NCBI GenBank assembly: GCA_963786565.1
Contig: CAWAZR010000011.1
Coordinates: forward strand, 271,592 to 335,591
Direction of reading: 5' to 3'
From: an uncultured Acidobacteriota bacterium
GTDB taxonomy: Bacteria; Acidobacteriota; Terriglobia; Terriglobales; Acidobacteriaceae
Length of the DNA stretch: 64,000 bases
Shown here: positions 36,336 through 45,400 of the stretch, in pieces
Layout: each line of letters starts with the position of its first letter
How positions within the stretch are numbered: position 1 is the first letter of the stretch
Program-made: the position numbers and the translations under genes
The notes under the pieces: model-generated
Seen by the model: only the letters and a program-made list of their open reading frames with translations
Databases searched by the model: none
Told to the model about the DNA's origin: nothing

Positions 36336-36867
36336 TTTTTTCGTGAATCCATTTCGGCGATTCGTGCTCCAGCTTTTTTAACCCGTCAACGATGCGCTGC
36401 GACAGGCCGCCCGGACTCACTTCCGTGCTCACATGCAAGGCTCCGAAAAAGATCTTCGGCAATGTGGCCTGGGTCAACCACTCTGTCTGGGGGAAAAACG
36501 CCACTGTGACCAGGATGCAGACCGTAACCAGCAATGCTCCCTGCACAAAACCCACAATGGACCCGGCAATGACGTCCAGACAGCCCAACCCCACCCAGTG
36601 GAACATTTTCTTCAGCATGGCCCCAGCCACATTCGCCAGAAACATCACGATTACGGCGATCAGCAGAAATCCAATGGCATTGGCTACGGCTTCATAGTGC
36701 ACGATGGGCATGAACGCCACGCCCACGCGCGCGTAATTCCAGCCCGCCAGTATTACTCCCAGGATCAGGCCCAGCAATGAGCAAATCGAGCGGAAGAATC
36801 CCTGTGCCATTCCTCCCAGCACCGACACCACCAGTACCACGAGAATGATCCAATCCACCCATTCCAT
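36322..36867 (-). CDS. cvpA: CvpA-family membrane protein
   Basis: Four hydrophobic helices and an N-terminus W.D.IILVVLVVSVLGGMAQGFFRS typical of CvpA. Located downstream of a purine gene. Confidence 0.75.
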   Translation of the reverse strand: MEWVDWIILVVLVVSVLGGMAQGFFRSICSLLGLILGVILAGWNYARVGVAFMPIVHYEAVANAIGFLLIAVIVMFLANVAGAMLKKMFHWVGLGCLDVIAGSIVGFVQGALLVTVCILVTVAFFPQTEWLTQATLPKIFFGALHVSTEVSPGGLSQRIVDGLKKLEHESPKWIHEKNGAS

Positions 36868-36924
36868 ATCGCACTCCGCGTTCTCTCACCGCAACGCTCA
36901 TTCCCAAGGCAATGTCCATAAAAA

Positions 36925-37818
36925 TTACGATGCAAGTTCCCGGCCGGTCAAACGCCTGAAGGCTTCTAGATACTTGGCCCGCGTGCGTTCGACCACCTCG
37001 TCCGGCAAACTCGGCGCCGGCGCCTGCTTATTCCAGTGGATTTCTTCCAGGTAATCGCGAACAAACTGCTTGTCAAACGATGGCTGTGCCCCGCCGGGCT
37101 TCCAGGTCTTGCCGTCCCAGAAACGCGAGGAGTCCGGCGTTAAAACCTCATCGGCAAGAATAACGCCTTTCGGCGTTTTGCCAAACTCAAATTTTGTGTC
37201 GGCCAGGATCAGTCCGCAGGCCTCGGCGTGTGCCGCCGCCCGGCCGTAGAGCGCGAGCGTCAGCCGCCGCAATTCCGCCGCCTCTGCCGCGCCCACAATG
37301 AGCTCCATCTTGTCATAAGAAATGTTCTCGTCGTGTTCGCCGTCCTGGCTCTTGGTGGCCGGCGTAAAAATTGGCTCCGGCAGTCGCGAGCCGTCCAAAA
37401 GGCCGCCATGAAGACGAATGCCGCAGACCGTGCCGTCAGCGCGATACTCTTTCCATCCCGAACCCGCGAGATAGCCACGCGCCACGCACTCCGCGGGAAA
37501 CATATCTGCCCGCTTCACCAGCATCGAGCGGCCTTGCAACTGGTCGCGGTAGGGCTGGAGGGACGCGGGAAACTCACCAACCTCCGCCGTGATCAGGTGG
37601 TTGGGCACCACATCCTTCAGCAGATCGAACCAGAACAGCGAAATCTGCGTCAGGATCTTGCCCTTGTCCGGGATTCCCGTGCCCAGCACGTGATCGAAGG
37701 CCGAAATGCGGTCGGTGGCCACCAGCAGTAGTGCGCCATCGACGGAGTAGAGATCGCGTACCTTGCCCCGCCCCACGAGCGTTGTCGGACCCAGATTCGT
37801 AGTGAGCAAAGCTGCCAT
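36925..37818 (-). CDS. purC: phosphoribosylaminoimidazole-succinocarboxamide (SAICAR) synthase
   Basis: Start at the internal ATG 37818 (MAALLTTNLG...). Motifs GKVRDLY, LLVATDRISAFD and ADTKFEFG. Confidence 0.9.
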   Translation of the reverse strand: MAALLTTNLGPTTLVGRGKVRDLYSVDGALLLVATDRISAFDHVLGTGIPDKGKILTQISLFWFDLLKDVVPNHLITAEVGEFPASLQPYRDQLQGRSMLVKRADMFPAECVARGYLAGSGWKEYRADGTVCGIRLHGGLLDGSRLPEPIFTPATKSQDGEHDENISYDKMELIVGAAEAAELRRLTLALYGRAAAHAEACGLILADTKFEFGKTPKGVILADEVLTPDSSRFWDGKTWKPGGAQPSFDKQFVRDYLEEIHWNKQAPAPSLPDEVVERTRAKYLEAFRRLTGRELAS

Positions 37819-37851
37819 GGGGAATCTTCCTCGGAGTGGTTCGAAACTCCG

Positions 37852-37880
37852 ATTCTCGTGCGGCAGAGAGGCTTTGTCAA
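37852..37880 (-). promoter_or_regulatory. candidate sigma-70 promoter of purC
   Basis: On the minus strand: TTGACA (37880..37875), 17 nt spacer, GAGAAT (37857..37852). Downstream is a short leader with a GGAGT/ACTCC hairpin and a GAGGAAG SD. Confidence 0.4.
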
Positions 37881-38059
37881 TCTTCCGCGGCGCATTGCTG
37901 AAACCGGAAGTTTTACGCTCTGGTAGGTCCACGTGCAACCCGCAAAACCAGGCCGGAGTCGCCGGCTATTTACGCTTTCCGGACTGCAATCCAAGTCCTG
38001 TGACGGCCGTCACGGCCTGACCCCTCGACATGGGAGACACTTCGATTGTCAACATGGTT

Positions 38060-38272
38060 CGGACGGCGTGTAAGTTGAGCCGTCTTTGAGCCGGGCGACA
38101 CGAGGCAGCAGTGGAAAGGGGAAGCCGCGGCTAGTCTCGTTTAGTGCAGGGATCACCAGTAGCCGCGTGCTACCGACCTCCAGTGCCGGCTACTGGTCCC
38201 CGTCTTTATCTTGTGTTTTATTGAAAGACAAGCGCCTCCGAAGAGAAGACATCCTTCGGGGGCGATTTTTTT
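38060..38272 (+). ncRNA. candidate structured small RNA (unclassified) ending in an intrinsic terminator
   Basis: Consecutive stable hairpins: GACGGC/GCCGTC (38062..38085), CACCAGTAGCCG/CGGCTACTGGT (within 38149..38203), GTCTTT/AAAGAC, then a terminator. There is no plus-strand gene downstream. The overlapping 73-aa ORF has no coding signature. The 5' end is not defined. Confidence 0.35.
38233..38272 (+). terminator. rho-independent terminator
   Basis: CGCCTCCGAAG(agaagacatc)CTTCGGGGGCG: an 11-bp stem with one G-T pair, followed by ATTTTTTT. Confidence 0.7.
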
Positions 38273-38310
38273 GCCCGCAAGGTCAAACATTGCGACTGGT
38301 TTCATAAAAG

Positions 38311-38464
38311 ACGCCGTGAAAGGGCACGCCTTCAAAGCCTGCCCTGACCGCAGTCGAAGGGTGACATAAAGGCGCAGTCAGTCCGCCCGAATCCGCCGTG
38401 AAAGGGCACGACTTCAGTCGTGCCGCAGAAGGCGCATAAACCCCGGGGCTTTAGCCCCTGACGG
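38311..38464 (+). repeat. composite repeat: B-type unit plus family A copy A3
   Basis: GACGCCGTGAAAGGGCACGCCTTCAAAGCCTGCCCTGACCGCAGTCGAAGGGTGAC ... CCGCCGTGAAAGGGCACGACTTCAGTCGTGCC...GGGGCTTTAGCCCCTGACGG. Same layout as 41108..41296. Confidence 0.85.
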
Positions 38465-38503
38465 GCGTCTTTCAATCGGCGCCGCGGTATGATGCAGCCG
38501 GCT

Positions 38504-39904
38504 CTACGCCTCTGATACGACCGGCAGCCCTGCTGCTTCCCATGCGGCCAGGCCGCCTGCGATTTCTATCTGATTGGTCATCCCATACTGCTGAAGAATG
38601 CTCGCGGCGATTGATGATCGGTATCCGCCCGCGCAATGCACCGCGATTCGACGGTCGCGCGGTATCTCATCGATCCGCTCCTGCAAATGGTTCAGCGGAA
38701 TGTTGACGCTGTTCTCAATATGTTTATCCGCCCATTCGCGCGGTGTACGCACATCGAGTACCAGCGACAGTTCATTGGCCGTCAGATCCTCTGCTGCAAC
38801 CAGGACGCTGACGCGCTCCGTCGGCCAAACCAGATCGGGTCTTTCCGCGAGCGCTTCCATGCCCCCTTCGAGGTAACCCCTCACGTGGTCGAAGCCAATC
38901 CGGCCCAGTCGCAGAGCGGCCTCCTGCTCGCGCCCCGGCTCAGCGATGATCACGATCGGTTTGGCGCGGTCCAGTACTGTGCCCGCCCAGGTGGCGTACT
39001 GGCCCCCAAGCCCAATGTTGATGCTGCCCGCAAGATGCCCCTTGGCGTACTGCTCCGGGTCGCGCACGTCGAGTAACTGAGCGCCCCTCTCTCCCATTGC
39101 GAGCACCTCCGCCAGTGCTACCGGTTTGTGGACCAGCTCGAGATTCTCCTGGAGCGTGGCGCGTTCGCGAGTGTTGAGGACGGCGTCAAAGGTGAAATAG
39201 GACGGAGCGTCGGGTTGGTCCGCTGTTACCAGGCGCACGAACTCTTCCTTATTAGTGGGCTTCAACGCGTAATTCAATCGCCTTTGATCGCCCAGGGACG
39301 AGAACGTGTCGGAAGAAAGCTTCTTGCCGCAGAGGGAACCGGCTCCGTGGGCCGGGTAAACCAGAACTTCGTCGGGAAGAGTCAGCAGCTTGTCGTGGAG
39401 GGAGTCAAAGAGAAAGCCGCCCAGCTCGTTCGCGCTCCAGCCCAGCGATGCTCGCAAGTCCGGACGCCCCACGTCGCCGATGAACAGAGTATCGCCAGTG
39501 AGAACTGCGTACGGTTTTGCCTCATCTTTGCTCCGGTCGAACACGAGAATTGAAATGGACTCGATGGTGTGCCCCGGAGTCTCGAGCACCGTCAGGCGCA
39601 GCCCGGGGAATTCCAGCGAATCGCCATCCTTCATGGCGACGAATCCGTATTCCGCCTTTGCGCGCGCTCCGAGGTGGATTGTGGCGCCGCAGGAGTCGCG
39701 CAGCTCCAGGTGGCCGGCGACGAAGTCCGCGTGGAAGTGGCTGAGGAAGACGTGGCGGATTTGCAGGCCAAGCCGTTCCGCGTCAGCGACGTACTGTTGA
39801 ATGTCGCGCTGCGGATCGACGACGATGGCGGTCCCGCTCTCCTCATCACCGAGCAGATAGGAGGCGTGTGCCAGGCATCCGAGATAATACTGTTTCAGGA
39901 CCAT
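38504..39904 (-). CDS. MBL-fold persulfide-dioxygenase-like hydrolase fused to two rhodanese domains
   Basis: Metallo-beta-lactamase motif SHFHADFVAGH, then two rhodanese-like domains, the last with the active-site loop HCAGGYRS. Confidence 0.8.
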   Translation of the reverse strand: MVLKQYYLGCLAHASYLLGDEESGTAIVVDPQRDIQQYVADAERLGLQIRHVFLSHFHADFVAGHLELRDSCGATIHLGARAKAEYGFVAMKDGDSLEFPGLRLTVLETPGHTIESISILVFDRSKDEAKPYAVLTGDTLFIGDVGRPDLRASLGWSANELGGFLFDSLHDKLLTLPDEVLVYPAHGAGSLCGKKLSSDTFSSLGDQRRLNYALKPTNKEEFVRLVTADQPDAPSYFTFDAVLNTRERATLQENLELVHKPVALAEVLAMGERGAQLLDVRDPEQYAKGHLAGSINIGLGGQYATWAGTVLDRAKPIVIIAEPGREQEAALRLGRIGFDHVRGYLEGGMEALAERPDLVWPTERVSVLVAAEDLTANELSLVLDVRTPREWADKHIENSVNIPLNHLQERIDEIPRDRRIAVHCAGGYRSSIAASILQQYGMTNQIEIAGGLAAWEAAGLPVVSEA

Positions 39905-40176
39905 CGGAATTCGGTGAGTTTAGCATTGCAGGCTTTCGACGGCCAATCCGAAAATCTTTTGATTCGCTTGCCTTCCGCTAAGAATAAGAAACGATTCTTC
40001 TTCGCGGCGCGCAAATTCTGCATCCAATTTCTCAGTACCGGAATAAGGCGCCGCCTGCATTGCGACGCGCTTCCGCTTCTATTAAAATAAAAGCGTCCCT
40101 GCACGTAGATTTGTTTCGCATTCCTGCCTTGGTCAGCTCAGTTTTCCTATAGCGCACAAACGCGAGGACTGAAGTC

Positions 40177-41103
40177 ATGACCGACTCTCCCGACCATGCC
40201 ATTTTTGGCCTGTTGCCCCAGCCCGAGGGCCGCAGACGTTCCTTCGTTACCAGTTCGATCCTCAACCTCGCGTTGCTCAGCGTATGTATTTTCGCCGGCA
40301 TGTCGGCTCCGAAGGTGATGGAGCGGCACTACGAAGAAACGCAACTGATTGCTCCCACCCTGCCGCCTCCCATGAAAATCAGGCAGCCGCGTCCCCAGCC
40401 TCCCAAGCCCGTGCCGGAGCACAGGCCTCTTCGCATGGAGGCCAAGTTCACGGCTCCGCCGATGCCGCACATCAGGCCAAACATGGCGCTCACGCCACGG
40501 CCCCTGCCTTCGCTGGCCGCAGCCATGCCCGCGCAAAACAAGTTCGTCCATCCCTCAGTGGCCCCCGTCCATCTCGGCGATACATTCGGAGTCACGCCTA
40601 ATCCCAACGCCGTACGTCCGGCCACCGTCGCCGCCCTCGGCAATCCCTATGGCGGCATGCAGGGTCCGGCCGTCGCTCCTCACGGTGTCGTCAAATCTGC
40701 TGGTATAGGCGACTCCACGCGTGGCGGGGCAGGCGGTGGTGGCGGAGGAGGATATGGCGGCAAGGTTGCATCCGTCGGCATGCCCGGCTACGCGCCGGTT
40801 CCCGCTGCGCCCGTCTATGCTTCCACGGAGCGCCAATCCACCAGCGTCGAGGTGCTCTCCAAGCCGCCCGTGCAATATCCCCCCGAGGCCCGCCAATTAC
40901 ACATCGAGGGCAACGTCGTGCTCAGCGTCACTTTTCTTGCGAACGGCCAGGTCGTTGTCCACGGCGTAGTCCACGGTCTGGGCCACGGGCTCGATCAGGA
41001 AGCCATCCGTGTGGCGCAGCAGATTCGCTTCCGCCCCGCTACCGAGAACGGCCGCCCTGTGGACGTAACCACGCGCGTTACCATCGCTTTTCAACTCGCA
41101 TAG
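40177..41103 (+). CDS. energy transducer TonB
   Basis: N-terminal anchor FVTSSILNLALLSVCIFAG, Pro-rich spacer (PPPMKIRQPRPQPPKPVPEHRP), Gly-rich tract, and a C-terminal TonB domain (PVQYPPEARQLHIEGNVVLSVTFLANGQV...RFRPATENGRPVD). Confidence 0.8.
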   Translation: MTDSPDHAIFGLLPQPEGRRRSFVTSSILNLALLSVCIFAGMSAPKVMERHYEETQLIAPTLPPPMKIRQPRPQPPKPVPEHRPLRMEAKFTAPPMPHIRPNMALTPRPLPSLAAAMPAQNKFVHPSVAPVHLGDTFGVTPNPNAVRPATVAALGNPYGGMQGPAVAPHGVVKSAGIGDSTRGGAGGGGGGGYGGKVASVGMPGYAPVPAAPVYASTERQSTSVEVLSKPPVQYPPEARQLHIEGNVVLSVTFLANGQVVVHGVVHGLGHGLDQEAIRVAQQIRFRPATENGRPVDVTTRVTIAFQLA

Positions 41104-41107
41104 GTAG

Positions 41108-41296
41108 TGGGTCAGCCTGAATCTTTCGTGAAGGGGCGCGACTTCAAAGCCTGCCCTGAGCGCAGTCGAAGGGTGCCGTAGATACGCAGTCGGTCAGCCT
41201 GAATCCGCCGCGAAAGTTGAATCCGTTGCGAAGGGGCACGACTTCAGTCGTGCCGTAAAGGCGCCAAAATGAGTGGGGCTTTAGCCCCTGAGGGAT
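41108..41296 (+). repeat. composite repeat: B-type unit plus family A copy A4
   Basis: GTCAGCCTGAATC...GGGGCGCGACTTCAAAGCCTGCCCTGAGCGCAGTCGAAGGGTGCC...GTCAGCCTGAATCCGCCGCGAAAG...GGGGCACGACTTCAGTCGTGCC...GGGGCTTTAGCCCCTGAGGGA. Confidence 0.85.
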
Positions 41297-41373
41297 GTTT
41301 TTTCAAACAGACCCAGTAGCTATTTGCGCGGCCCGGCTGAAACTATGGCATGATCGAAGGAAGAGGTGAAGTG

Positions 41374-41640
41374 ATGGCAGAAATGTTTGATAAACCGGCT
41401 TCGGTTGACGACGTTCTTCGCGAAGTTTCCCGGATCAAATCAGTTGTCACCGACGCGGTGGACGACGGCGTTCGGTCTGCGCTGCGTGCGACCAAGCAGG
41501 GAAGAGCATTCGCCGAAGACAAGATTGACGATGCAAGGCACGCCATCAAGCGCAACCCCCTGCAAGCCGCGGGCATTGTATTTGCCGCCGGAATCGTGAT
41601 CGGCAGCGTCATCACTTTGATCTGTTACCCGCGCGACTAA
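41374..41640 (+). CDS. DUF883 (ElaB/YqjD-like) membrane-anchored protein
   Basis: Start at ATG 41374 after GAAGAGGTGAAG. Helical N-part and a C-terminal anchor NPLQAAGIVFAAGIVIGSVI typical of DUF883. Confidence 0.65.
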   Translation: MAEMFDKPASVDDVLREVSRIKSVVTDAVDDGVRSALRATKQGRAFAEDKIDDARHAIKRNPLQAAGIVFAAGIVIGSVITLICYPRD

Positions 41641-41679
41641 CTCGCCGACTCCGCCAGCCCCGCTAGTTCGTTCGCCTTT

Positions 41680-42288
41680 CTAATGCGGCCTTCCCGGCAG
41701 CACGAAGTGCTCCTCACAGCGCGGCTCATAGTTGTCGCCCGCCATGATGATGGGGCTGGTGTAGTGCGCCGGTTTGCCGTCGACCAGGCGCTGCGGATAC
41801 AGCGCCTTGGCCCCGCAACTGCAATACGCCACCAACTCGGTCACGTTCCCCGCGTAAGTGCGCACCAGCCACGAAAGTTCGAGCATTTCGCCGAACGGCA
41901 TGCCGCGAAAGTCGAGTTCGAGGCCCGAAACCATCACATCGTAGCCGGAGTCGAGCAGCCGTTTGGTAAACAGGAACAGATCCTGCACGAACTGGCCCTC
42001 GTCGAGGGCGATGCACTCAATGTGCTTGCCGATGCGCTGTTCGGTGGATGCGATGACCGGCAGCACGGTCCACGGATCGTTGCCAGGAAACTCGACGGCT
42101 TCCATTTTTCCGCAGCCATTGCGATTGCGGCTTTCCACCAGTCCGGCGGCGGCCTTGGTGTCGGCGCTCGGCTTCAGCAGTATCACATACTGCTTGGCGT
42201 ATTCGCGGCGGGTCTCGATCCTGCGCAGCAACTCGGCAGTCTTGTTGCTCCGCATCGGCCCGACAATCATTTCCAGTTTGCCAAGCAC
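41680..42288 (-). CDS. tdk: thymidine kinase
   Basis: P-loop GPMRSNKTAELL, IALDEGQF, and C-terminal zinc-binding cysteines (YCSCG ... PRCEEH). Confidence 0.88.
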   Translation of the reverse strand: MLGKLEMIVGPMRSNKTAELLRRIETRREYAKQYVILLKPSADTKAAAGLVESRNRNGCGKMEAVEFPGNDPWTVLPVIASTEQRIGKHIECIALDEGQFVQDLFLFTKRLLDSGYDVMVSGLELDFRGMPFGEMLELSWLVRTYAGNVTELVAYCSCGAKALYPQRLVDGKPAHYTSPIIMAGDNYEPRCEEHFVLPGRPH

Positions 42289-42385
42289 AGCCGTCTCCGC
42301 ATGTCACTTTGGGTGGGACATCCGAGCTGCAAAAGCATCAGCTCAAGGAACCCGCAGCTACCAATCTCGCCACCGCCGAAGCTGG

Positions 42386-42420
42386 CCACTGACCACTGAC
42401 CACTGATCACTGACAACTGC
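42386..42420. repeat. heptamer tandem repeat (CCACTGA)x3 plus two degenerate units
   Basis: ccactga ccactga ccactga tcactga caactgc, ending 3 nt before the smc stop codon, between smc and tdk. Confidence 0.7.
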
Positions 42421-42422
42421 TC

Positions 42423-45400
42423 TTACGCCGTCGCCCGCTTCAACTCGCGTTGTCCCAGTCGCACGCTCACGATCTTCGACACGCCCGGCTCCTGCATGGT
42501 CACGCCGTAGATCATGTCTGCGGCCTGCATCATGCGCTTGGAGTGCGTGACGATCAGGAACTGCGTGTTGTGGCTGAGCGAGTCCAGCAGGTCGCTGAAG
42601 CGGCCCACGTTGGTCTCGTCCAGCGCCGCGTCCACTTCGTCGAGCACACAGAAGGGGCTTGGCCGGAACTCGAAAATGCCCACCAGCAGCGCCAGCGCGG
42701 TCAGCGCCTTTTCGCCGCCTGAAAGCAGCAACACGTTCTGCAGCTTCTTGCCCGGCGGCGACACCACGATATCCAGTCCGCTTTCCGCCTGGTTTTCTTC
42801 ATCGGTCACGCGCAAGAAGGCTTGCCCGCCCTGGAACAGCCGCGCAAACACCTTGCCGAAGTTCTCGTTGATCTGAACAAGCGCCTCATCGAACTTGGTG
42901 CGCGAGATCAGATCGATCTCCTTGATCGTCTCCTGCGTGTTCTCGATGGACTCGATCAGGTCATTGCGCTGTGTCTCGAGGAACGCATGCCGCTCCGCAG
43001 TTTCCTTGTACTCGTCGAGGGCCATCATGTTCACGGGGCCCATCTGTTCCAACCGCTGCTTTAAGCCGCGGCAGATTTCCTCTTCAGCCGCCAGTTCTTC
43101 GCCGGCCAGTCGCGCGATCGCCGTATCGGCGCGCAGCACCTGCGCCTCCACATTCACCTCGGCCAGGCAGCTTCCCTCCAGATATTCCAGATCGGAATGC
43201 AGCTTGGCCAGCTCGCTGGAAAGCCCAGCGCGCTTCTCACGCAACTGATCCAGGGCGGCGCGCCCGGTTTTGAGTTGCGCCTCCATCGCAGCCAGTTGCA
43301 GACGCAGCGCCTGCGCCTGCTCGCTGAGAGATTGCGCCGCGGCCAGAGCCGCCGCGCGCGTCTCGGTCCTTTGCCTCTGTTGCCCGACCAGTTCGGTGTT
43401 TTCCTGAATGCGCTGCTCGCGCTCCGCTTCGGCCGCAGTACGTTGCTGCTCAATCGCCTGCACGCGCCGCGTCAAATCGCCAAATAGCCGGTCGATGCGT
43501 TGGAAGGCCGCCTCTGCGCCACGCCGCCGCTCTTCCAGGCCGGCCAGCTCCGCCGTCATCTGCGCCGCTTCCTGTTGCAGTGCCTCGCGCTTCAGGCGCA
43601 AAGTTTCCAACTGCGCCAATCGCGCGTTCAAGCCACTGTCCGCCTGGCTGTGTTCCGACTCAAGGCGTGCGGCTTCTTCGCGCTTCTCGGCGATGGCCTG
43701 GCGCTTGGTTTCGCGCGCATCCTTGTTGCGCGCCGCCTGCGCCTGCCACTCCTGCAAGCGCCGCTCGATGCGCTGTGCCTCGGCTTCCATCTGCTTCAGC
43801 GCCGCGCCCAGTGTGGCCGACTCGCTTTCGCCGGTTCGCCGTTCCTCGCCGTGGGTCTCCAGTTGCGCCGTCAGCTCCTCGATGGCGCGGCTCAATGCAT
43901 CGGCATCCCGTTGCGCGCTCTCCAGATCCGCTTCCAGCTTCGCCAGGCGGCCCTCGGTCTCGCGCAACTCGCGCTTCAGCGCCAACGGTCCTTCGCTGGC
44001 CGGCTTGCCGCCCGTTACTGTCGAACTGTGGAAGCACTCGCCGTCCGGCGTAAGGAAATAGGCATGCCTGTAACGCGACGCCAGCCGCTGCGCGTCCGTG
44101 GAATTCTCCGTCAGGTAGCCGTGCCGCAACTTCGGCAGCACCGCTTCCAGCGAACGGCCAAAGCCATTGAGCACTTTCACGGCATCGCGCAGCGGCGTCA
44201 CGCCGGGTTCCCCTGTTGGGTCGTTGGTGGTTTCAAAGAGCTTGCCCTGCGCGTCAGAGTGAATCAAGAACGTTGCCCGGCCGTCGCTGGTCTTCAGCAC
44301 GCGTACGCCCTCTTCCGCTGCGCCCCAGTTTTCCACCACAACGTAGTTCAGCTCTTCGCGCAGAAATTCGTCCACCACGCCTTCGTGCTCGCCGCTCACC
44401 TCAAGAATGTCCGCCAGCGTTCCCACCGGCGCCACCGACGGCCCCAGCGCTCCCGGCTTCAGCAGCCGCCGCACCGAGTCAGTTGCGTAGCCATGGTTGC
44501 GAATCAGTGCCTGCAATGAGTCGCGCCGGCCCAGCACCGCCGCCTGTTCGCCGCGCAGTTGGTTGGCCTGCGCGCGGCGCGCGCTTTCGTCGCTGCGCTT
44601 GGCCGTCAGGGTTTCGCGCAACGTCGCGATCTCCTGTTCAAGCCGCTTCAATGTTGCATCCGCCGATGCAAAGCGCAGTCGCGACTCGCCGGTCTGCACG
44701 CCCAGGTTCTCACTCTCAATGCGCGCCTGGCCCATCTCCGATTCCAGCCGCTCCGCTTCGCGTTCCAGCGCCGCCAGGCTTTCTTCGCCCTGCGCAATGT
44801 AGTTGCGCGCATTGCCTGAGAGCGTGAGCAGATGCATGGCGTGGCGGCGTTCGGTTTCGAGCTCCCGCTCCGCGGTAAACACCTCTTCGGCCGCGCTGCG
44901 CGCCTCATGCTGCCGCGTTTCCACTTTGGCATGGAACTCGTGCGCCTCGCCGGCCGCGGTCTCGAGAAAAGTTTTTTGCTGCGCGCGCTCTTCTTCGATT
45001 CCCGCCAACTGCGTGCGCGTCTGCTCCAGCTCCGCACCCGACTCCGCAATCCGCGCCACAAGTTCGCCCACGCGCTCCGTATTGCTGCGCTCTCGCGCCG
45101 CGGCCCGCTCCAACTCCACAGCCGCGGTGCTGGCGCGCGTCTGCGACTCCAGAACCTCTCGGTCCAACTCGTAGCCGCGCTCGGTCAATGCGTGCTGGCT
45201 CGTTTCCTGTTGCGCAATTTCCACGACCGAGCGGTTCACCTGCTCTGTGAGTGCGGCAATCTCTGCTTCCAGACGCGCCTGGTCGGCATCCATGGCGGCC
45301 ATGCGGCTGGCCAGCACCACGCGCAACCTTCCCCGCAGCTCCTCGCGCACCGCGGCGTAGCGTTCCGCTTTTGCCGCCTGCCGCTTCAGGCTGTTCATCT

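Noticed and set aside
38000-38013. Perfect 14-bp palindrome GTGACGGCCGTCAC upstream of the purC promoter as a possible operator
   Set aside because: It is a single occurrence, about 120 bp from the putative -35, and no known regulator motif was recognised. There is not enough evidence to call it a site.
38086-38307. 73-aa ORF in the purC / MBL intergenic region
   Set aside because: It has no SD, a Ser/Arg-rich composition, and runs through hairpins and a terminator. It is interpreted as non-coding (candidate sRNA) instead.
39980-39999. AAGAAT-N8-ATTCTT inverted repeat upstream of tonB as a possible Fur box
   Set aside because: It matches the 19-bp Fur consensus poorly (judged from memory). 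The arms are too short and AT-rich to distinguish from chance.
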